NCBI GenBank assembly: GCA_002718655.1
Contig: PBFM01000006.1
Coordinates: 1 to 61,310, forward strand
DNA: 61,310 nt
Direction of reading: 5' to 3'
From: Fidelibacterota bacterium
Lineage (GTDB): Bacteria > Fidelibacterota > Marinisomatia > Marinisomatales > UBA1611
Positions 18,580 to 25,799 of the stretch are shown here, in pieces. The notes under the pieces were generated by a model. It searched no databases and was not told where the DNA came from. It saw only the letters and a program-made list of their open reading frames with translations. The translations under genes were made by a program, and so were the position numbers. The first letter of the stretch is position 1. Each line of letters starts with the position of its first letter.

Positions 18580-19757
18580 AAAAGTTTAAAATCATTTTTT
18601 CAACATTTATTTTATTACTAGCTATGTCATGTGAAAAAGATTCAATGAGTATTCATGATAAAGCTTTTGTTGTTGATACACATAATGATGTACTACTTCG
18701 TTCACTGACAGGGCGTGACATTCTTAAAAATCTACCTGAGAGCCATTCAGACTTACCAAAATTTAGGCAGGGAGGCATAGATCTTCAGGTGTTCTCAATT
18801 TGGGTGTCTCCGACAGAATTCAAAGATGCATATTATGCTCGCGCAAACTATATTATATCTCAACTAGAATTTCTTTGTTCAAGAGTTCCAGATAAATGGT
18901 CTATCCCGCATAATTACCAAGATATTATTTACAATGAACAACGAGGTGTACTTTCATGCATGATTGGTGTAGAGGGAGGCCATGTAATAGAAAATGATTT
19001 AAATAAAATTGATGAATTGCATAAAAGAGGCATGAGATATTTGGGTGTGACCTGGAATAATTCTAATGAATGGGCAACATCAGCAAAAGATGAGACTCAA
19101 GCTAAACAATCCTTAGATTTCATTGGACTAACTGAATTTGGGGAGAAAGTGATTCAAAGGTGTAATAAGCTTGGGGTAATCGTAGATATTTCGCACGCTG
19201 GTGAGCAAACTGTCAGTGATATTTTAAGGGTAACTGAAAAGCCAATCATAGCTTCGCATTCTTCAGTGTATGATTTATGCCCTCATTATAGAAATCTAAA
19301 AGATGATCAATTATTAGCCATTAGGGAAAATGGTGGTGTTGTATTTGTAAACTTTTACCCTGGATATATTGATTCCACATTTGAAAATAAAGCAAGAAAT
19401 ATACGTCAATTAAATAGTTCATCTTTAGACTCCATATCAAAACTATATAAGCAAGATTCTGATTCTCATTGGTACAAAACTAATGAAATATTAGCACCTC
19501 ACCTTCAAAAAGTTGCTCCTGGGATTGATGATGTTGTTAAACATATTGATTACATAGTCGATCTAATTGGCATAGATCATGTTGGCATTGGTGGTGATTG
19601 GGATGGAGTGGAAATCTTGCCTTCAGGGATAGAGCACATTGGAAAAATGCCGCTTTTAACAAAAAAACTTCTTAATAGGGGTTACTCGATAAGTGATTTG
19701 AAAAAAATTCTAGGAGGGAATTTTAAAAGAGTTTTTAAAGAGGTCAATCATCTGTGA
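18576..19757 (+). CDS. Membrane dipeptidase (peptidase M19, renal dipeptidase family), lipoprotein
   Basis: Signal/lipobox LLLAMSC, then VVDTHNDVL, VDISHAG and GIGGDWDG motifs. TTG start in a TTGA overlap with the kmo stop. Confidence 0.8.
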   Translation: MKKFKIIFSTFILLLAMSCEKDSMSIHDKAFVVDTHNDVLLRSLTGRDILKNLPESHSDLPKFRQGGIDLQVFSIWVSPTEFKDAYYARANYIISQLEFLCSRVPDKWSIPHNYQDIIYNEQRGVLSCMIGVEGGHVIENDLNKIDELHKRGMRYLGVTWNNSNEWATSAKDETQAKQSLDFIGLTEFGEKVIQRCNKLGVIVDISHAGEQTVSDILRVTEKPIIASHSSVYDLCPHYRNLKDDQLLAIRENGGVVFVNFYPGYIDSTFENKARNIRQLNSSSLDSISKLYKQDSDSHWYKTNEILAPHLQKVAPGIDDVVKHIDYIVDLIGIDHVGIGGDWDGVEILPSGIEHIGKMPLLTKKLLNRGYSISDLKKILGGNFKRVFKEVNHL

Positions 19758-19781
19758 TTATTCATAAATTAAACTATCATA

Positions 19782-20459
19782 ATGATAAAACAATTTAAAC
19801 TGGCCCCATCAATATTATCAGCAGACTTTTCTGATTTAAGCTTAGCACTTAAAATTTGTGAAGATGGTGGAGCGCACTGGATACATGTTGATGTGATGGA
19901 TAATCAGTTTGTTCCTAACCTTACCATTGGTCCTTGCGTTGTTGATTCTATAAGGCCAAAAACAAAAAAGTTCATCGATGTTCATATGATGGTTGTAAGG
20001 CCTGAAGAATTGGTAGAGCCTTTCGCAAGGGCCGGAGCAGATAATATCACATTTCACATAGAAGCGACCAATAACCCTAGCAAAATTATCAATCTTATTA
20101 GGTCATGCGGTTGCAAGGCTGGAATCTCCCTCAAACCACAAACACCATTAGACTCTATTTACCCTTATTTAGATGAAATTGATATCGTTTTGATAATGAG
20201 CGTTGAACCTGGGTTTGGTGGTCAAGGTTTTTTACCTGAGACAAGGGATAGAATATCCAAGCTTAAGAATTTTCTTTCAGATAATTGTCTGGAGAGAGTG
20301 ATGATTGAGGTGGATGGTGGAATCAAACTTCACAATGCTAAAGAGGTTATCAATGCTGGTGCTGATGTTCTTGTCGCTGGTTCAGAGGTTTTCGACTCAC
20401 AAGACCCCGAGAAAAGAATTAAAGATTTTTATCAAGTATTTAATAATGAATTAAGATGA
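19782..20459 (+). CDS. rpe: Ribulose-phosphate 3-epimerase
   Basis: LAPSILSADF, HVDVMDNQFVPNLT, MSVEPGFGGQ and VDGGI motifs. Confidence 0.9.
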   Translation: MIKQFKLAPSILSADFSDLSLALKICEDGGAHWIHVDVMDNQFVPNLTIGPCVVDSIRPKTKKFIDVHMMVVRPEELVEPFARAGADNITFHIEATNNPSKIINLIRSCGCKAGISLKPQTPLDSIYPYLDEIDIVLIMSVEPGFGGQGFLPETRDRISKLKNFLSDNCLERVMIEVDGGIKLHNAKEVINAGADVLVAGSEVFDSQDPEKRIKDFYQVFNNELR

Positions 20460-20530
20460 AATTGAATATTAATTATTGTAATTATTACTAAATTAAATTT
20501 AGTTATTTTCTAAAAATCAATAACCATTTT

Positions 20531-22561
20531 ATGAACACATTTCAAAATATATCTAATTTTAATTCCTGGACAAATATTGAAAAAGACCGATATGCAGTTT
20601 CGGTAATTAAAGGTTTGGTAATGGATGCAACTAGACAGGCAAATAGTGGACACCCAGGTGGTCCAATGTCTTGTGCTGATTTTGCCTATGTACTTTTTTC
20701 TAATCATTTACAATTTAACCCAAGCAATGCTCAGTGGTTTAATCGAGATAGGTTTATTCTTTCGGGAGGACATATGTCAATGCTACAGTATTCATTGTTA
20801 TTGATGATTGGATGGTTGGATATTAAGGATATAAGAAATTTTCGTCAATTTGGTAGCAGAACACCAGGACATCCTGAGGTAGAGATTCCAGGTGTTGAGT
20901 GTACAACGGGTCCGCTCGGTCAAGGATTTGCTATGGGAGTGGGTATGGCCCATGCTGAGGCATACCTTAGGAATTTATTTTTGCAAAAAAAAAATAACCA
21001 CTCAGATAAAATCATTAATCACTTTACCTATGTGCTTGCAAGCGATGGTGACCTTCAGGAACCAGTAACACTGGGATCTGCATCATTGGCAGGTCATCTC
21101 GGTCTTTCAAAATTAATTGTTTTTTATGATGCTAACTCTGTCCAAATATCAGGAAAAACTTCTAGATCTGATTCCACTGATTATGTTAAAGTATTTGATG
21201 GATTTAATTGGCATGTACAAGTTATTGATGGTCATGATCATGATAGTTTAAATGATGCCATTAGAAAAGCAAAGGAGTCAGATAAACCAAGCCTAATAGT
21301 TGGTAATACTATAATGGCAAAAGGTACTGCTACAATGGAAGGAGACCATAATACACACGGTGCTCCATTACCTGAAGAAGAAATAATTGCAACAAAAATG
21401 AAACTTGGCCTTCCACCAGAGGAATTTTATTTTCCAAGAGAAGTTCAGAAACATTTTCAAAAACATTTTAATATTATGAAAGAGAAAGCTAATGAATGGG
21501 ACCTGAATAAAAAACATGCTTGTTCTTCAAATGAAATGAAGGCATTGATTTCTCTTTGTATAAATGATGAACTTAGAGATACGGAATATCCAGAATTCAA
21601 ATTTGGAGAGTCAATTGCAACCAGAAAAGCTTTTGGAGCAACTTTAGATAAATTTTCAGAAGCAATACCAAATCTGATAGGTGGTTCAGCTGATTTAGAG
21701 CCTTCAAATTATACAGGAAATTTTGCAAAGAAATATCATGATTTTACAGCAGGTCACCAATCAGGAAGAAATATACCTTTTGGTGTTCGTGAATTTCCAA
21801 TGGCAGCAATGTTAAATGGTATGGCACTACACGGAGGCATCATACCTTTTGGAGGTACTTTTTTAGTCTTTTCTGATTATGAGAGGCCAGCATTGCGATT
21901 AGGTGCAATTCAAAATGCTAGGGTTATACATGAATTTACGCATGATTCATTTTATGTTGGAGAGGATGGTCCTACACATCAGCCAATTGAGCATGCTATG
22001 TCATTAAGATCAATACCAAATCTTAATGTTTTTCGTCCTGCAGATGCAAAAGAAACTGCAATATGTTTTAAAATAGCAATAGAGGAAAAGCACACTCCGA
22101 GTTCTCTTCTATTGACAAGACAGGGTGTGCCAGTTCTTGAACAGAATTATGATGAAATTGAAAAAGGTGTCCGTAAAGGTGCGTATATTGTAAAAGATTG
22201 TGATGAGCCTCCAGAACTTGTTTTTATCGCAACTGGGTCTGAGGTATCTCTGGCGATAGCTTCATCAAATCTGTTTTCTGAAAAAAATATCCGTATAGTG
22301 AGTATGCCCTGCATGGAGATATTTGATAAACAGACTCTTGATTATAAAAGAAAAATTATCCCGCATCGCCGATGTCTAAAAGTCACAATAGAAGCCGGAG
22401 TTACGCAAGGGTGGGAAAAATTTTCAGGGGTGAATGGGTTGAATATTGGAATTGATCATTATGGCGCTTCAGCTCCAGGTAAAATATTAGCAAAAGAATT
22501 TGGTTTCACGCCTAAGAAAATAGAAAAAAAGATAAGAAATCATTTGAAAAACTTATTATGA
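20531..22561 (+). CDS. tkt: Transketolase
   Basis: 676 aa. ANSGHPGGPMS, GPLGQG, ASDGDLQEP, GEDGPTHQP. Confidence 0.9.
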   Translation: MNTFQNISNFNSWTNIEKDRYAVSVIKGLVMDATRQANSGHPGGPMSCADFAYVLFSNHLQFNPSNAQWFNRDRFILSGGHMSMLQYSLLLMIGWLDIKDIRNFRQFGSRTPGHPEVEIPGVECTTGPLGQGFAMGVGMAHAEAYLRNLFLQKKNNHSDKIINHFTYVLASDGDLQEPVTLGSASLAGHLGLSKLIVFYDANSVQISGKTSRSDSTDYVKVFDGFNWHVQVIDGHDHDSLNDAIRKAKESDKPSLIVGNTIMAKGTATMEGDHNTHGAPLPEEEIIATKMKLGLPPEEFYFPREVQKHFQKHFNIMKEKANEWDLNKKHACSSNEMKALISLCINDELRDTEYPEFKFGESIATRKAFGATLDKFSEAIPNLIGGSADLEPSNYTGNFAKKYHDFTAGHQSGRNIPFGVREFPMAAMLNGMALHGGIIPFGGTFLVFSDYERPALRLGAIQNARVIHEFTHDSFYVGEDGPTHQPIEHAMSLRSIPNLNVFRPADAKETAICFKIAIEEKHTPSSLLLTRQGVPVLEQNYDEIEKGVRKGAYIVKDCDEPPELVFIATGSEVSLAIASSNLFSEKNIRIVSMPCMEIFDKQTLDYKRKIIPHRRCLKVTIEAGVTQGWEKFSGVNGLNIGIDHYGASAPGKILAKEFGFTPKKIEKKIRNHLKNLL

Positions 22562-22995
22562 AAATCCATATGGCTACAGATCATGCTGGACTTGAATTGA
22601 AAGAAAATATCAAAATTCATCTATTAAATGATGGATATGATATTGAAGATCACGGTGCCTACGAGTATGATGCACTTGATGATTACCCTGACTTTATTTT
22701 CCCTTGTGCTATCGCTGTTGCATCTGATCAAGAAAGCCGTGGAATTATTTTAGGAGGTTCTGGTCAGGGTGAGGCTATGGCAGCAAATAGGATAAAAGGC
22801 GTAAGAGCTGCGGTTTATTACGATGGCCCTGTTGAGATCATTAAACTTTCAAGAGAACATAACAACGCAAACATATTATCCATTGGTGCACGTTTCATGA
22901 GTAAAAATAAAATTTATGATATTATAGAGTTTTGGTTAAAAGAGCCATTTGAAGGTGGTAGGCACCAAAAGCGCATAGAAAAATTAGATAATTAA
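22558..22995 (+). CDS. rpiB: Ribose-5-phosphate isomerase B
   Basis: 145 aa. MKIHMATDHAGLELKE and GGSGQGEAMAANR motifs. 4-nt overlap with tkt. Confidence 0.85.
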   Translation: MKIHMATDHAGLELKENIKIHLLNDGYDIEDHGAYEYDALDDYPDFIFPCAIAVASDQESRGIILGGSGQGEAMAANRIKGVRAAVYYDGPVEIIKLSREHNNANILSIGARFMSKNKIYDIIEFWLKEPFEGGRHQKRIEKLDN

Positions 22996-23002
22996 ATATG
23001 AT

Positions 23003-23533
23003 TTAGCAGATGATTCCATTAATACTATGGAACTTTAATTGTTTTCTCTCCACCTTACCTTTTTCAATATCATATATATCACAAGCATCATATGGCTTAG
23101 CATAAACATGTAAGCTTGAGGCAAATTCATCGGAAAGATTCTCGACTGAATGAATGTCTGCTGGGCCATCAAGAAAACCAGGCTCACAATTAAATTCTTG
23201 TATTTTGTTCAATCTTAAAGGATCTGCAGAAACTTGTTCATAATTACAAATTTTTAGTTTTCCCGTTTGCACCCTTGCCCAACATTTTTCACCTTCATGT
23301 CCATGTATCGGTGCTGATGCCATAGGGGGCCAGCAAATAATCATTATCTCAAAATCCGTTTCTTTATGAATAAGGTTTCTTGTATAAGTACTATCTTCAG
23401 TAAGGTGATATTTTTTTAGTATGCTCTCATTTAGTTTTAAGCTTGAAAGGTATGATGTAACATTTGGTACCGGAAAATCATATTCAGCAAAATCTTGTAA
23501 TTTTTGGATAATCTGATTTATCATATGCGACAT
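23003..23533 (-). CDS. Cupin-fold thiol dioxygenase, cysteine dioxygenase type I-like
   Basis: 176 aa. CWPPMASAPIHGHEGEKCWARVQTGKL and a later ADIHSVEN give a 3-His cupin pattern like CDO / 3-mercaptopropionate dioxygenase. Overlaps the 3' end of mobA by 13 nt. Confidence 0.6.
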   Translation of the reverse strand: MSHMINQIIQKLQDFAEYDFPVPNVTSYLSSLKLNESILKKYHLTEDSTYTRNLIHKETDFEIMIICWPPMASAPIHGHEGEKCWARVQTGKLKICNYEQVSADPLRLNKIQEFNCEPGFLDGPADIHSVENLSDEFASSLHVYAKPYDACDIYDIEKGKVERKQLKFHSINGIIC

Positions 23534-24114
23534 TTTTTGTTAGATGTAAGTTCTAATTTTTGTTTTACTAAATCCAAATCTTTTTTTGTGTTCATGTTCG
23601 AAAAGGAATCAATCAGTTTATTGCAGTCTACTTTCTGAAATTTAGTACATCTCACTAATTCATTTAGTCCAAAATTACTATCTTTTATCTGCTGAGTACA
23701 TATTTTGTGGACTCTTTTATGATAAAATGCACACATTGGTTGTAATTTTTTTTGTGTCATTGGTATAACTATGTCTGCCTTTTTATGTGAATGAGACCAC
23801 AAATGAAGAATAGATTCCTGACTGATTAAAGGCATGTCACATGATATTATGAAGTTCCATTCAGTCTGAGAATGATCTAATGCTGTGTATAGACCATTTA
23901 TTGGTGCACTCAGATTCAGTAGGTCTTTTATATATGGATATTTTAATTTTCTTGGTTTCTCCTTTCCAATTAAAAATTTTTTCTCAAAAATACTGCATGT
24001 ATCCCAAATCCTATCAAGAACCGTTTTGTCACCAATGGTGGTTTCCCATTTTGAAGACCCAAACCGCTTACTCTTTCCCCCTATTAGTATGTATGCTGTA
24101 GCAGATAAAATAAT
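23521..24114 (-). CDS. mobA: Molybdenum cofactor guanylyltransferase, apparently using a non-canonical (ATT) start
   Basis: The track reports only the C-terminal 104 aa, from an internal ATG. The frame stays open upstream to a TAA at 24159..24157. That stretch encodes AYILIGGKSKRFGSSKWETTIGDKTVLDRIWD...NGLYTALDHSQTEWNFIISCDMPLIS (the MobA nucleotide-binding N-terminus). No ATG/GTG/TTG is available. AGGAG (24124..24120) precedes two ATT codons at 24114 and 24111. Confidence 0.6.
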   Translation of the reverse strand: MILSATAYILIGGKSKRFGSSKWETTIGDKTVLDRIWDTCSIFEKKFLIGKEKPRKLKYPYIKDLLNLSAPINGLYTALDHSQTEWNFIISCDMPLISQESILHLWSHSHKKADIVIPMTQKKLQPMCAFYHKRVHKICTQQIKDSNFGLNELVRCTKFQKVDCNKLIDSFSNMNTKKDLDLVKQKLELTSNKKCRI

Positions 24115-24188
24115 AAATTCTCCTATATAATGATTAAAAAAATACCATATGATATATTATTTTCACACATTATCATAGGTAAAAAAAC

Positions 24189-25799
24189 ATGAATTATGGG
24201 TTTGTAATTGATAATCGATTATGCATCGGTTGTCATGCATGCACCGTTGCTTGTAAAAGTGAGCATGACGTTCCAATTGGAGTTAATCGTACTCATGTCA
24301 AATATATTGAAAAAGGAATTTTCCCAAATAGTTCTAGAGAATTCTCCGTGCATCGTTGTAATCATTGCTCCGATGCCCCTTGTGTTGAGATATGTCCTAC
24401 CACAGCATTATATACACGTACTGATGGCATAGTAGACTTTGATAATGACCGTTGCATTGGTTGTAAATCCTGTATGCAAGCCTGTCCCTATGATGCTCTA
24501 TACATCGATCCTGAAACTAATACTGCTGCAAAATGTAATTATTGCGCTCATAGAATTGATGGAGGATATGAACCTGCTTGTGTTATAGTATGTCCAGTTG
24601 AAGCAATTATATCAGGGGATGTAAATGATTCCAATTCAAAGATATCAAACCTTTTATCGAATGAAGAGACAATGGTCAGAAAACCAGAAAAGCAAACAGT
24701 TCCAAACCTTTATTACATTAATGGAAGTGATGAAATGTTGAATCCGAATCTTTCTGATGCAAATAAAGACTATGTTTGGTCAGGCCAATCAACTGGTGTT
24801 GGACACTATGCAAAATTTTCAGATAATCGTTTGTCTCAGTCTGATTCCGAAAATCTGCTCATACAACTAGCGATGGAAAATTCAGTAAGGTCAGGTAATC
24901 AAATTGACCAGCGTGCAGTTGACAATGTTGCAAAAGAAATTCAAAATGACATAGATTCAAAAGGGGTTCGTAGAGTTTATGATTCACCAAGCAAAGGTGT
25001 CTTATGGGGGTGGGAGGTCACGGGTTATGTTTGGACTAAAGCAATTGCAACAGGAACATTTCTTATGGCTGCGATGAGTAAATTTTTGAGCTTTGGAATA
25101 GATAAAATCTCTGAGATAAACAGTCTATTTATTACATTGTTTTTTATGTTGCTGACAGGTGCATTACTTGTCAAAGATCTTGATAGACCAGATAGATTTT
25201 TATATGTTCTACTGCGGCCACAATGGAAATCATGGTTAGTAAAAGGTGCTTATATCATATCCATATTTGGTGGCATTGTTACATTGTTGATAGCAGACTA
25301 TTATTATCTTAATATGAGAATACAATTTTTGTGGGTTTTTGGTGTGCTTTTTTCAGTCTTAGGTGCTGTCTATACCGCATTTCTTTTCAATCAAGCCCGA
25401 GCAAGAGATCTATGGCAATCTCCTTGGACTAGCTCATTACATATGTTGATACACGCTATAATGGCAGGAGCAGTTGCAATGATTTATTTATCTCCAGTCA
25501 CAATGCCTAAAATGATTTATGTATTAAAATATGCAATTATTGTAAATCTGGTTCTAATTGCAAAAGAATTAATTTTAAATGATGATAAAGGCGATATGAA
25601 AAAATCAATAAACATGATTATGAATGGATATTATTCAAGATACTTCTGGACTGGTATTCTCCTTGGTAACATACTACCATTTTGTCTGTTTTATTTATAT
25701 CCTGAATATGCATTATATGCTGGTACGTTGGTCCTATTAGGTAGTTATCTCACGGAATTTGTTAGAATTCGAGTTCCTCAAATGATTCCTTTGAGTTGA
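24189..25799 (+). CDS. Fused 4x[4Fe-4S] ferredoxin subunit (PsrB/DmsB/NrfC-like) and NrfD/PsrC-like quinone-interacting membrane subunit
   Basis: 536 aa. The N-terminal part has CIGCHACTVAC, CNHCSDAPC, CIGCKSCMQAC and CNYCAHR...CVIVCP. The C-terminal part has about eight hydrophobic helices. It starts directly with MNYGFVIDNRLC, with no twin-arginine leader. Confidence 0.8.
   Translation: MNYGFVIDNRLCIGCHACTVACKSEHDVPIGVNRTHVKYIEKGIFPNSSREFSVHRCNHCSDAPCVEICPTTALYTRTDGIVDFDNDRCIGCKSCMQACPYDALYIDPETNTAAKCNYCAHRIDGGYEPACVIVCPVEAIISGDVNDSNSKISNLLSNEETMVRKPEKQTVPNLYYINGSDEMLNPNLSDANKDYVWSGQSTGVGHYAKFSDNRLSQSDSENLLIQLAMENSVRSGNQIDQRAVDNVAKEIQNDIDSKGVRRVYDSPSKGVLWGWEVTGYVWTKAIATGTFLMAAMSKFLSFGIDKISEINSLFITLFFMLLTGALLVKDLDRPDRFLYVLLRPQWKSWLVKGAYIISIFGGIVTLLIADYYYLNMRIQFLWVFGVLFSVLGAVYTAFLFNQARARDLWQSPWTSSLHMLIHAIMAGAVAMIYLSPVTMPKMIYVLKYAIIVNLVLIAKELILNDDKGDMKKSINMIMNGYYSRYFWTGILLGNILPFCLFYLYPEYALYAGTLVLLGSYLTEFVRIRVPQMIPLS

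Noticed and set aside
18576-19757. M19 dipeptidase as the missing kynurenine formamidase
   Set aside because: It carries a lipoprotein signal (LLLAMSC), so it should be extracytoplasmic, while the pathway is cytoplasmic. More likely it releases amino acids from dipeptides. The idea is recorded under the operon finding only as an open question.
23880-24130. Two + strand ORFs (73 and 81 aa) between the annotated mobA fragment and the FeS gene
   Set aside because: The opposite strand in this interval encodes the conserved MobA N-terminus (ILIGGKSKRFG...). The + frames have no motifs.
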